A DNA stretch of 63,907 bases, counting the filler, from Choristocarpus tenellus KU-1152 (taxonomy: Eukaryota > Protista > Phaeophyceae): NCBI GenBank assembly GCA_964200185.2. It is 10 parts of 10 records of this genome, joined end to end, with 100 filler letters (N's around TTAATTAATTAA, not from the genome) between each part and the next. Parts side by side here need not be neighbours in the genome. Positions count along the whole stretch, not along the records: positions 1 to 12,118 come from CAXNAD020001969.1; positions 12,219 to 16,749 come from CAXNAD020014123.1; 8 more parts are not named here. One strand, given 5' to 3'. Positions 1 to 12,571 of the stretch are shown here, piece after piece. The stretch's first letter is position 1, and each line of letters opens with the position of its first letter. Position numbers and translations under genes: made by a program. The notes beneath the pieces are model-generated. The model made no database searches. It had not been told where the DNA came from and worked only from the letters and a program-made list of their open reading frames with translations.

Positions 1-44
1 CCCGAGGTGCAAGACTAAGCTAGGTTGGAGGCACGGGAAGGCAG

Positions 45-79
<35 letters not shown>
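1..79 (+). mobile_element. 3' end of CRE-like non-LTR retrotransposon followed by (TA)n
   Basis: ctaagctaggttggaggca(c/t)gggaag matches the sequence just downstream of the RLE-type ORF in the copies at 12572-13441(-), 54635-55297(-) and 55975-56215(+); (TA)n at about 48-79. Confidence 0.6.
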
Positions 80-81
<2 letters not shown>

Positions 82-95
82 ATACTTTCTCCCAG

Positions 96-161
96 TCAAT
101 TTTGGGTCAAGCCCATCCTCAATGAAAAGCTCCATCCTCAATTTTTGAAATCTGCTGTTAG
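96..161 (+). repeat. Dispersed repeat with doubled CCATCCTC motif
   Basis: ggtcaagcccatcctc...gctccatcctcaatttttgaaatctgctgtt recurs at 54082-54145 and 60879-60937. Confidence 0.65.
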
Positions 162-169
162 TGGTGCAG

Positions 170-325
170 CATAGCTGGTAGTAAAATAGTAAATAGATTA
201 ATGCCTTTCACATTTACGACAACTGTTACTTTTTTAGGATTTTTTCTGACGTGAATAGTTCTTATTGGTTTTTTCCTTAACACCCCCCCAAAATGTCAGA
301 CGATATAATAATAAAATACATAATA
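170..325 (+). repeat. Arm of AT-rich foldback repeat 'X' (CATAGCTGGTAGTAAAATAGTAAATAG...CAAAATGTCAGA)
   Basis: Homologous to the reverse complement of 12428-12561 and 54480-54625, and more weakly to 56263-56340. Confidence 0.6.
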
Positions 326-345
326 CATGAAGTACCCTTTCTTCT

Positions 346-533
346 GGTTCAAAGTATCTGCGGGAGGATGACTGTCCAGTTGGGGTCAATTTTGTCATGT
401 CGCGATTTTGGGGCGATTTGGTTGCATAGGTCAAATGGATAATGTTAGTGCACTTTTCTGATTTTGGTCCAAATGGACAACTTGGTGTAGACCGCCCCCG
501 CCCCCGCCCCCGCCCCCCTAGATACTTTGGGTC
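346..533. mobile_element. MITE family A (about 180 bp, TIR GGxTCAAAGTATCTGGGG), 3-bp TSD TCT
   Basis: ggttcaaagtatctg...ctagatactttgggtc flanked by tct (343-345 and 534-536). Other copies at 38920-39087 and 59457-59638; partial ends at 12069-12118 and 42120-42138. Confidence 0.8.
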
Positions 534-679
534 TCTACCCACCGACTCCTTTGTAGTTGTGTTGTTATGAAAAGCCATAATATATCACATAGATAGCTGG
601 AAAGTGCAAAAAAATGGACGGAAATTTCGCATCATCCGTTGAAACATGCTGATCAACCTCCTTCTGAAAAAGATCTGTG

Positions 680-822
680 ATACAGTATGTACCGCGATTT
701 TGTTCACCCATGGGCATGCCCAAAAAAAGCAGTACAGAATTGATGTGGTACAATATCGTTCTTGTAGTAATTAATCGTGGTTGTTAGCTGGGAAATCAAT
801 CGTCGACGCGACTAATTAATCG
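680..822 (-). repeat. Dispersed repeat carrying one 42-bp minisatellite unit
   Basis: Reverse complement of 22770-22851 (gatattgtaccacatcaattctgtac...catgggtgaacaaaatcg) plus one copy of the unit arrayed at 22561-22750. Confidence 0.75.
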
Positions 823-3157
823 TATACATGCAATGCTGAGCTGAGTATGTTGAAGAAAAAGAACAGTGATTAACCATAGAAATCATATAGAATTATCATG
901 CTTGTTTGAGAGATGAATCATAATGCAAAGAAGGGATAAAAAAACTGTCCACCTCTCAATTAGTCTGACTTGAAATGCATTTGAACACTTCCAATTGATA
1001 GCGAGTGATCTACCACAATCGATGACAAAAAAAGGTAGTACAATTTAGCACCAAGATGTCAAAACATTGAGTTCTCACTATGCTCGCAGGTTAAACCAGA
1101 AAGTATTTTTATATCTTTATATGTTGATATGATAGTGTGAGGTGATACATCTCAAAGTACCAAGCCTTCCTACCAACTGGAAAGGTAACTCCATCACTAT
1201 CACGTCAGGTAATGGCTTTGAACCTATCACCTCCTATCTTCTCTTCTGAAAACAATAAAATGCAATTGTTTGTGAGGGTACACACGATGTAGAAGGCCAA
1301 TCAACAACAAAAAACCTACAAAAGCAAACCACACAACAAACACCTCACATGTCATCCTCTCACACACCCACACATGCAAAGGCTACACCTGTGCTTTCAA
1401 CTCATTCCCCGAGTTGTGCGCCATGCTGTTCACAGTTACTACCCAACTACACATGCTCACAAAAAAGTCAAAATTTGTGATCAAAATGCAACATCAACTC
1501 TCTGTTCTCCAATAACCGACTTGGCAAATCCCCCAACCATGCTGTTCCAGGAGTTATCACCTATGTTCACTCTTCAAAACACCAATATTATTATGTTCCA
1601 TGCTGTGTTGTTAACAGAGACAAACTCTCCGCCCAAGCAGTAGTAATATTTCTTGTGAAGAGGTAGGCGTTACTTGCTAGAGCCCTTTAGTATCTAGGAA
1701 ATGCACCGATAATACAACATGTAATACAAAAACTAAGACACCCACATACAAACACAAACACCAACACATTATCTTCTTCCATCTGCAGCATAGGAATGTC
1801 AAAAGTTCAACTTGCTTTCTGGTATCTCCCCTGAAGATCTCAATCAGTCTCCTTGCACCAACTGGTCCAAATGCAGCATATATCCAAAGCACCAGCCAGC
1901 CACCATCTCAACAGGAACAGGGAGAAATCGATCCCTATCAATCCACCATACAGGTGTACTGCCCTGTTTCACCCTCCATAGCGTTCATTTTGGCCAGTCA
2001 CCCACTGAAAACCATCCAGTGATTCGCACCAGAACAAACTCTTTCCCACATTTCACTATACTAATCCACCCCTGTATACAATAAACCTGATGTGTACAAC
2101 CAAATGCATCACCGTGCATAGACCTCATGCACATGCTTCAGTGCCTTGGCACAAGTTAGAACATCGCCCAAGACGCTTGCATCAATGGTGATTTTCTTGA
2201 CTTGGAAACAAGTCATCTCCTATCCTCTCAACCCAACCTCCCCTNNNNNNNNNNGTGGAATCAATAATAATGAATAAAGATCATACAGCTCCATCACACT
2301 TTATCATCCTTTTTCAATATACTCCAGGAGTTCGACTGATGGCAGTGAAACTATCATTCAATGACTACATGTCTTCCATACCTATTCCTCGAATTTGTTA
2401 CAACATTATGCACCATCTCTACAATTCCTTTTTTCCCCTCCAACCACTGGGCAAGAAACACACTAGATTGCAGAGTGAGGTAGGTAGTCTACAGTAGCCT
2501 TTCAACTCTTAAAACAAAAAAAAAAGCTTCTCGCCTGCACGGAAAACCCAATGTCATCACCTACCCTAAAAATAGAGACCCAAGAAAGGGGGGGTTCCAA
2601 TGCACAGAGACAATCTTCAGAAAAAAAAAAATTATATAAAAAGAACAAAGGGAATGAATCTCAGCCTCTTCAAGCCCACCCCATCCCAACAAAAATAGAA
2701 GTAGACATTCTTACTACTGTTTCCTACATTTAAAAGTAACAATTGTGAATAAAATAAAATCTATATGCAAAAGCCATCTATGGATCGATGTGCCCCACCA
2801 ACTGTTACCATGTCCACGGAACAGCGAACAACATTGACTTCTCAATAATGGTAGCCTACAGCAATAATTACCACCCTAAACTCCTCTTCCATGTCCAACA
2901 AGTCCGCCTCCATTGACTTTTTAATATATGATTTTATCTATTGCACCCCAACCACCCCCCCCTTTCCCTTGGACCCAAACTCTGGATTTATTGCAACTCT
3001 GAAGACTTCACACCAAGTCAACAGCAGAGGACAATGGCTTCTGATATTGCATGGGTAAAAGAAAAGGAACCGTCCCATCACAAAAAGCCTCCTGAAAGTA
3101 TCACCCATCCGACCATGACCAGCAGTTCGACCACCTTCACTGCAGCAGCAAACACGT

Positions 3158-6100
3158 TCAAGCTCTTTGAACTTGTCGAGGTATAGTCCTCCAATCATGT
3201 TCCTCCAGCTGTTGCCCTCTACTCCCAGTGACAACAACACTCCCTACACTCAGCCCCCGGCCCTCTCCATCCCTTCGCCACATATCTTGAACCTCAGATT
3301 CCATCTCTGTTGTAATGATCCCTGTACCCTCCCACCGGTCACTGCCAAGTGACACCCCTTCTTCTAGAGCTGGTGATGTATTACTCTGGGTGTTGTATTG
3401 TTGGAGATGCCTCACTACAGCCTTGGCTGTCTGCCCTGCATACATGGCTGCTCCGGGGACTGAGCCAGAACCAACGCCGGCCCAATGACCATATCTGTTG
3501 GAATAGGGTGTTGGAATGTGGGAGACGACAACTCATTATTCACCTATTGAATCTTTTCCTTTCATGGAATTGGAGGTCCTTGCAAGGGCAAAGGCGTGTT
3601 TGGTAATACAGAAAATTCATAGAGTGGGACGAAAAAAGGTCGATGGAAGAGACCCTGAAAATAAGAAAAGTTGTTAAGTACCACACAGCATAAACTCTTT
3701 AAAATATTTTTAATTATCGGAAACAGAATACACTATTTGGTGTATATAACAACCCCACTTTCGCACTTTGTAATAATAATAATATTTGTCAGACTTGTCC
3801 TTACGAATGCAAACTCTGCATTGCTTTTTTTTCTCTTACCACACACAAGTAACTACATACCCACCAGGGTATCTGCAATGAGTTATGCACCACAGTCACC
3901 CCTTCAAACACTACATGTAATCCAAATACAAACTGCTTTCCTCTCACAAAAAAAAGGGCAGCCCAGTTACAAAACAAATAAGTTAAACTTCACCCTGTAC
4001 TGCACTGAAAGGTTAAAAGAGAGTACCACAACAACAAAAATATTATATTGAAACTGCAATGAGAATAAAGACCAGATAAAATGTTCCAAATTGATCAAAG
4101 GGGGAAATATCGTTACACCCCATTGCTAAGGTGTGAAAGGAGCTTGCCAAGAAAAGGTACAACTCCTAGGGCTAGGGTTATGTAATGCCAGAAATGGCCA
4201 CACTTCAACTGGCCTCACCAATCAAGTCAAAATAAATCAAATAATGCAGGTGAAGGGTCTTTCTCTCACCCAACAGCAAACAGACCAGCCTCTGTGACAC
4301 TCTCTCCTCCTCCAACCACCCCTCCAACATCCCCTGTCCTGACCACTATGGTAGAATCTCCATTTACCACACCCAGGCTCTTCAGGTGGTCAGTGCTTGC
4401 CCTAAAGCCAGTGCACCATATCACAGCATCCACCTCAGCCTCTGCTGAACCCTCCGAACCACTGACAATGCCACAATCCATGTCCCAGCTCACTCCCTTG
4501 TCAGTCATACCGGTGATGGGTGGAAGGGGATTATCGTAGACACCTCTTTCCCCCGCCTCTCTAACTTTGGGCTGGGAGATTATGCTGTTCAAGTCAGAGC
4601 ACCATTTGTTGTGTTGTATTGTGTTGGGGGGGGGGGCAGGGATACGATAATATTAGTACCAAATGTATTGTACAGACGCCACTGTACTATTCACTTGTCC
4701 ACCAAATAAAGAAACCCAAATGTTGTTGGTCCAGAGTTCTATATAGTACTACGAAAGGTATCAGATAAAAACAAAAAACAAAAACTAAAATATATACATT
4801 TTTGAAACTGACCTGTCCAGTGAAGGTATATCCTTAGGATCAATGAATCCTTTCTCACGGCGAATTCTTCCAACTGAGGATGAGGTTGACATAAGACGTC
4901 CATTCACAGGGATTTGGGCGGGACAGGTTCACTGGGGTTAAATGCAAGTCAAGGTATATTTTATGGTATGAAATGGTGCAGTTTTGACAGATCCAAATCC
5001 AGAAACCTGAAATCTTCAGTTGGAATATCACAGACTCAAGAACCAAGGCAGGCTACACACACCAAAAACCTCCAAAAATGAGAAGATATATCCCAATTAT
5101 GTCTCATCACAGACAGAATATGAAAAAAAAAAACTCATTATTACCCCCCTCAAAAGTCGAAAGGACAAAGCTCTCAGCCGGTACAATACAAGCAAGGCTG
5201 GGATTAAGAGAAACCATTGGACAAAGATATTAAAATATATATATTCCTTGTCTCAAGTTTGAAAAACAAAAATAAATTACAGTTTTTTGTGTATAGCGCA
5301 GGCAACAACTATTCCGCCCCTTTCTCACCTTCACTTTGCCCTTTTTATCCTTTTTATTATATCCTTTATCCATCCCGTCCCGCTTGAAGCGAAAAAATAA
5401 TTAATGTTTTATCAACTTCCAAGGCTGAATGGATTCTATTAACCCACCACCACCATCCTCCTGGCAGAGTAGACCCGCAAGGTGCCTAGGTGTTGCCGAG
5501 CATGTGGGGCTAGGAGATGTTGCAAAGCGAAGGCATACATCCATACACCCTATATGTACATATATACATACACCCTATATGTGCACACATACATAATTGC
5601 ACATTGATTGACGTTTCCTTTAGTTTCAATGTGTGCGATGTAGCCAAAAAATACACTTGTCTCAACAAACATAAAGAGTTAAATCTATCCTGCCTTAACC
5701 CTCAGTCCTGATACATTAAAATAAAAATAAAAAGGAAGAGCCAGCTTAGTATTTTGAAGTTAAAAAGAAACGACACAAGAGAAAGGAAATTACACAAAAC
5801 TTACTATTAGCCTGTTGTGCTTACCCAATTCAAAGATATCCTTCCCAGACATGTCCTCCGGAAGAAACGAGGGAGTCCGGTCTGTCACCCACAGTGTTGA
5901 TGCTGCCATTCCAGGTGCAGAGACTTCAGCCAGGATTTGGGCTGCACTGTTTCCACATCCCACAACCATCACCCTCTTGCCTCGGAACTGATCGGGGTAT
6001 CTGTACTGGCTGCTGTGGATCTGCAGACCCTGCTCAAAAGAAAAAAAATACAACATTTTTTTTCATTCTTTTGTTATGTGTGGAAGAGTTAGGAACACTC

Positions 6101-8591
6101 TTTCGGCATGAAGGATGTTGATCAATCTCTTACAAACTGTTCTGTGCTGAAGAGGGATGAACAAATATCAAAACGGATAACTTATTACGACAAGGGTACC
6201 CCTACAAATAATACAAATAATAACACTCGATCGGTTTAAAAATTAGAAAACCCACCGCACCCACAAAACTCAAAACTGAGAACTTGAGTAAAAAAGGTTT
6301 ACGCCTGCTCTTTTAACATTTTTTTTTTAATCATCGCCTGCCCCGAACACCTCAACGCACAGGAAATCTGTTCTCTTCACTAACCCAACCTCGATGTCCT
6401 TGCCATTTCACTCTACAGGAGATTATTAGGACTACCTCAAATATTTTTATGTCCATCCATCTCTACTTTCTCACCTTGAAGGTTTCATGCCCAGGAAGAC
6501 AAGGCCAGTATGGCGAGGAGTGGGTTCCAGTAGCGCTCACCACGGCCTTGCATTCCCAACGGTTGACACCGGAAGTACCATCTCTAAAACAAAAAAGAAG
6601 AGAAAAATTGTTTTTTTTGTTTAATATATATTTTTTCCATTATGAGAATTCAGTGAAGTCGGAGCTATCCCATACTAGCCAATAACAGAGCGGTATGGAA
6701 CAAAGAAATAGAACTATTCCTGCCAATAACAACCACGAAAATGGTTCCAAATAATACACGTTTATACACATGAGATGAACCCAGGAAGTTCATTCAGACG
6801 AGCAACAATACTAACTGATTCAAACAATTGCGATGGAAAACATGAGTAAATATATATATATACTAAAATAAACAAAACAATAGTCATGTCAGCCTCATAC
6901 ATGCTCTCTGTGTCCACCATGAGGGTGCCCTTGAACCCAGAAGTCGAAGCTGGTGGAGAAGGCATTCGCGTAACCCCCTTCACCGATACTGGACGAACTA
7001 TATTCAAGTCCATGATATGTTCATACTCCTCGAGGTACCTGGAAAAAATGTGGCAAGTCACCCGAGAAGTACCAATTAGAAAATATTTCTTAAAAAAATA
7101 ATGCTATCAATTCTAATTGCTTACAGAAGAAGCAAGCGTGCAAAAAAAAAGAGACCAAAAAAAAATATATCCCCTCCACACATATAAATTATATTCAAGT
7201 TGACATGGCCCACTAACAAAAAAAAGAGGTTGGGGGCAGGTAGAGACAAGCAAAAAATAAACAAGAAATGGCCTCGTCAATCGCAGACATCCATAAATTA
7301 TACAGGAACTCCAGGAAAAAAAACATATGTATGGAAGTATTTAGTGAGTACAGCTTGGTTTGAAGTATGGACTGGACAACGTAGTTTGCTCCACGGCAAA
7401 CAGTCTCCACTGTTTTATGTTTTTTGACTCATACCTTTCAGTGTCAACATTGCATTTATTATACCATATTCTGTCAACAACCAATAATAACACCAAAAAG
7501 GTATGGTTGTGTAGAATTAACCCCACTCTTCAACCTCAGGGATTCATAAAGAAAGAGGCATAGTATTAGGATCAAGATCATATATGTGAAGCAGCTCACC
7601 AAGTCATCTCCTGTGTGGTAGGGTATTCATCAGCCTCTTTCTTGTTGGTGAACATGGGGTGCCCCGGCAGCGAGCTCCACTTTCGAGTCGAGAACAGCTG
7701 TGATCAACAAGGATCACACAAAACCAAGAGACAGGCTGAATTATTTACTTCACATCACAACAAATCAAGATGGAAGACCTTCAATAGGTGATTGGCCCAT
7801 CAAAAACCAACTGGAGAGGAAGATTACATTGCGGATTAGAGGGGGGGAAGAGCCACGAGCTCAAGTTCATGTGTAGACAAATATAGATAATATTGACTTA
7901 TGTACCTCCAGTGACGGCCATCTGTGCCTCCAAGCTCCACCTGGAGCATCATTGGAATCAAGCACTACGTATCTCACGCCTCCAAGCCGCTGCAGATGGT
8001 AGGCCACTGACAGACCAGCCTATCATATAGCGTGAAAGGGGGTGAGGGGGGATAGTGAGTGCATTAAGCACAACCCACATGTGCCTTGTTGAGAGGGTTG
8101 AAGAACATGTCGATGATAGCAGAGGGGCAGCAATAGATTAAGACCTGCCCTACAGTTCAACCCATGCAGTGGCAAAAACGAGATAAAGGAGATCCAGGAA
8201 TTTCTATTATGATGGGAGTGCAGGAGGACGATTCTGTTCAAAATATCAGTGCAAGCATCGCCCAGAAAATTTTCTGGATTAAAAGCATTTCTTGAACCCT
8301 GGTCAATGACGTGTATGACTGAGGCAAGACCTACACTAGCAGATCCCACGAAGCACAGGTCATACTCCTCTGCCTTACCTGTCCAGCTCCTATGACAACC
8401 ACATCCACAGATGCTGGAGGCGATGAAGATGATGATGCTGGTGAGGAAAACTGGCGAAGGTAGACTGCACCTGATGCTCTTTGCAAATTTTGGGCGCGAA
8501 CCAAGGAAGAAACGGCAGTGGTTCCAGCTGCCAACTTCGTAGGATTGGCAGAGAATGGTTTGCTTCTAAGGAAGTGAAACGCTAGAGACAT
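3158..8591 (-). CDS. ArsO-like NAD(P)H-dependent flavin-containing monooxygenase (class B FMO), 9 exons, possible mitochondrial presequence
   Basis: Phase-consistent GT-AG exons 8591-8379, 8019-7906, 7697-7600, 7038-6901, 6583-6475, 6029-5825, 4873-4813, 4584-4270, 3494-3158. Motifs in order: DVVVIGAGQAGL (FAD), PGGAW..RWPSLELFS..WSSLPG, VVSATG, FMO fingerprint FKGLQIHSSQY (FxGxxxHxxxY), VVGCGNSAAQILAEVS (NADPH), PSFLPEDMSGK, VIWCTGFR, GYGHWAG. The start codon is uncertain: the frame stays open upstream to an AG at about 8639. Confidence 0.88.
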
Positions 8592-10380
8592 CCAGATGGT
8601 AGCGACCTTCGAGTTTAAAAGGATAACTGGAATCCTCCCTGGTAGAACAAATAGCGGGAGGTGGGGCTTCTTTCGTGAGAGTCAGCACCTGGGAAGGAGC
8701 ACCTGGAGAAGAGAGGCAGTTCTGGGGAGGTGAAGGAAATAGAGCCGAGAAGGTAGCTAAGAGAAATGTCTACGGTTCCTAGTAATTAAATAACCCAACA
8801 CTTTGGCATTATCATCAAAAGGTATTCATCATGGGACGAGGAGCATGGAGGAGCTTGGTGGACATATTTCTTCTTGTGGAGAACATCAGCAACTAAGACA
8901 AATTCAAGTGTGTTCGAAGGGTCCTGTTCTTCTGGTGAGGTCTTTCGGAGGACTAGGTGGAAGTTGCACAAAAATAAATTGAGTAAGCGACAATTCCTAC
9001 GTAGAGATGTTGAGCAGGGGTGAAGATTCGCGTAGGTCTTCACTTTCTTCACACATGCACACTCAGCATTGGTTGTTCAGCGATCACGAACCAGGGGATA
9101 GTTGTATCAATGTCTACCTACGTCATGGAGGTGATTTACGCTACTACAGGGGGAATATGTGTGAAGGCATCAACAAGGAAGCATAACAGGGTTGGAATGA
9201 ATGTGCTCACACAGAGAAAGAGATTAAGCTCCTCGCGGCTGATACCTCAATAACGCTGGGATCCGTTTTGCTTTTGATTCCATGTAGGTCTAACTGATTT
9301 GCGATTAAGAGAGAAAAACACAAATTACAACTCGAGCAGCAATTTAGGTAGCAGGGGTTGCATACACTTCTCCAAACCTTTGAGGTAGAAGGAGGAGGCG
9401 GGTAATTCAAATAGGCCGACGCTTATGTGGCACTTTCTTGGAAGGTCGTTCTATCTCTCGAATGGACTTATCAATGTATCAAGGGATATGAAAGTTATGT
9501 TATGAGGTGGTGGGTTATTTACTATTTCTCTTGTATGTGCGGTCAAATAAAAACACAGGACAATATTGCATCACGTCAGTAGGAACTGTGACATGATATA
9601 ATTCTCTTTTTTTCACATCTTACACACACTTCAAATTTATATATATTGGCAACTACTAACTGTAACAAAACAATAGTTTTTTGGTCTAGGAATCATAGCC
9701 GTTAGTTGCCGTTTTCGCTAAATTTTGAGATGGTCAAAATTTTGATGAATTTGTGGTTTGTTGTCCTTTGACCAATGAAAAGAAAGGTTCCAACTCCTGC
9801 CTTGGTTTGGCACCAACCTCTAAAGAAAAAGAGAGAACAATATTTGAGACTTATGGTACTAATGTGTTGGTTAATCAAGCTACTTTTGTGTGTTAACTAT
9901 GTACTAACATAATACACTTCGACCTGCATCAAGGTATGGTGGGGGATCTTTCTTCTTTCTTGGTCCTGTATTTTCAGACCATTCTGAAATATTTTGTTTT
10001 ATAGTATTTATTTGTTTTTTAGAAGGAAGGGGGTTCATCAATGGTAACGGCGTTCCATCATTTCCCTCAAAAATATGTACGACACACAGTATCAATCCCT
10101 GAGAAAGGGTGAGGGTGTTGTTGTGGCTATCCGGTCCTGGACTCTGTAGAGTGAGCCTGAGGATCACTCTCTAAGACGAAAAATACTGTGCTAAGCATGT
10201 GGAATCTCCACGATAAGAGACTAGGTTCTCCCCACCAAAGCCACCGAACGAGGAGGCGCCGTTCACTCTCGTGCGGGAGGCATGCCAGGTAATGTCAAGG
10301 CTGAACTTTTAACATGCACATTAGGCGCTTGAAATTCTCCACGGCCAAGGCACTCGTTAAAAACATTAAAACATAACCCT

Positions 10381-10884
10381 ATGCGCACCATGCCGGGAAG
10401 TTCGAGAGCCGAGTCGCCCTCGCCGTCTGGGTCCGTCCTCTCTGCCGGGTCGCTCGTATCCTTGGGGTCCCAAGCCGTCGAGTCAAGGCCTGGTGAGGCG
10501 AGCCGATTGCGTAGCACTTACGGAGGAGTATACAGTGGACGTGGAAGCAGCGCTAGGGGAAGTCCAGTAACTACATCTTTCAATCACGGAGGCAATGAAA
10601 TGGGTGAGGAGGTAGCTTCATCACTCCAGGAACACACGGGAAAATCTACCATGTGGGAAGCTCTGGCGAGATTGCAGCAAAGAAGGGCCAACCACTGTCG
10701 AGGCCACTGCAAGGTTTCCAATTGTGGCAATCACTTGACGGAGACAATTGAAAGTGAGACAAAATTTCCAGGGGGGGAAAGGTATCGATCATTCTCAAGA
10801 CACGCTGGAAGTAGGGTGGATGCGATAGAGGTTGCGGTGAGGGTGCGGCCAATGTCGGGGAAGGAGGTTGCTGCTGGAGTACAG
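10381..10884 (+). CDS. Kinesin-like protein, first coding exon (low-complexity N-terminus then start of motor domain); rest is off the contig
   Basis: The ORF ends DAIEVAVRVRPMSGKE, the kinesin beta-1 motif V.V.VR.RP, followed by a CAG|GTAAG donor. Confidence 0.75.
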
Positions 10885-12118
10885 GTAAGGACCTAATTGT
10901 GGTGAATAGATTCCTTTCTCCGCTTGGTCGCTGATGTACCTGTGTGTGTGTTCCAGCTGTGGATTTTCAACTGAAGAGAACCACTCATATACTGACTATG
11001 CCACATTCCATCTCTCATGTCCTTCAAGTAGAACGTTGTGTTTAGTATGTATTGGATCGTGTAGCCTATTGAAGTTGCAAAATATATGGTACCAACAATA
11101 GAGAAGGGAGTGAAACTGCAATGCTGGTAGGTGTATTTCCCACGACTCAAGATGCCGATATTGCATGAGTTGACGTGCAAGAGCACAAGTTATCATACCT
11201 TTGACAGAAGGTTTCCTTTGTCTCCTGGAGGCTTTGTTCAAAGAAGTGAGTGGCCACGATTAAACCACTGTCAACAACAGCAAGCAGATTCAACCTGAAG
11301 GCTTGTGGTCTCCAATCATGATATGAATACATTTCCACTCATCAACTTATGTCGGGCACGCTTACCTTAAGCACAGAGGATGTGCTCTACCCTATTCAGC
11401 ATGTGACCTTGGCACTGTGTTGTGTACACACAAGTTATTTTCATGGTAACACTCCAGAGTATGTGCGAAACAATGGTAAGATAAGGTATCATGTTGACCA
11501 TACACCAACCCTCCTCCTTGTGATTTTGTGTCACGATTCCTACCTTACGTCATTGTCTCTTAATCATCGCCTGCCAACATACTTTCTCCGAACTATTGCA
11601 ACTCCACGCCCCTTCTCTAACCCTAGAGTTATATTGTTTGCCCTTTGCCGTGTCTCTTCATTTGCGCCTATGTGAGAATAGAATTGTATACTATTTTTAA
11701 TGTGCACCTAGTGTAGCGGGTAAACGACAACTACAGTACGTTATTTTTAATTTATTTGCTTGAGCAGTGATCACTTGATTGGTGTTCTTTACCCCTTCTA
11801 AACTACACTTCTTTAAACTCATGACAAGCTCAAAATACTCCAATATATCCACTACTCTAACCAATTGCACACCACTCTACCTCCTCATAATATGTCAGGG
11901 CTAGCCAGATTAAGGGTCCACACTTCTATACCTACATCTTTGAATAGATATGCGCTACATTCCCTTCCCTTCTATCATATTCTTGGTTGAATCTACTGTA
12001 CAGGAGTCCCATAATGCATTTCACTTTCCCTTGTTGTTTGTGTGCACGTAGAAAGTGAGAACAGTCAGACTCAAAGTATCTGGGGGGGGGGGGGGGGGGC
12101 AGCTGTCCCCCGGGGCCC

Positions 12119-12218
12119 NNNNNNNNNNNNNNNNNNNNNNNNNNNNNNNNNNNNNNNNNNNNTTAATTAATTAANNNNNNNNNNNNNNNNNNNNNNNNNN
12201 NNNNNNNNNNNNNNNNNN
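12119..12218. other. Artificial contig linker (N44-TTAATTAATTAA-N44); same at 16750, 22380, 25835, 33749, 38800, 42020, 53978, 60773
   Basis: Identical 100-nt N-flanked spacer with stop codons in all six frames, repeated nine times. Confidence 0.98.
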
Positions 12219-12561
12219 CTGACACATCTGCAAAATGTCAGAGGGCATAATAAAATAATGGATTAAATGTTGATGTATTATGGATCCTTTTGTAATGTAT
12301 CACAGTCGTGACGTTTTCCTATTGAAGACCAAATACCAATATGTTGACGGGGCATTCATTGTACTTTTCAATGACATGTAATGAGTTATGAGAGAACATA
12401 AATCTCACACGTGGTATTCTGTATTGTATTATTTTATCCTCTGACATTTTGAAGATGTGTCAGAGGAAAAACCTATAAAACGTCAATTCAATATCATAAG
12501 AACTCCTGAAAATGTGGAAGACATTTTTCTATAATCTATTTACTATTTGACTACCAGCTAT
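12219..12561. mobile_element. Foldback/MITE-like repeat 'X' with long inverted arms
   Basis: 12219-12258 ctgacacatctgcaaaatgtcagagggcataataaaata is an inverted repeat of 12428-12465. The right arm ends ...actatttgactaccagctatg. Confidence 0.6.
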
Positions 12562-12571
12562 GTAACACCTC

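Noticed and set aside
234-3150. Many 60-130 aa six-frame ORFs here and across the window
   Set aside because: They are chance ORFs in introns, UTRs or repeats, or antisense shadows of real exons.
12163-12174. Recurrent palindrome TTAATTAATTAA as a biological motif
   Set aside because: It is always centred in N runs of fixed length, so it is an artificial contig linker.
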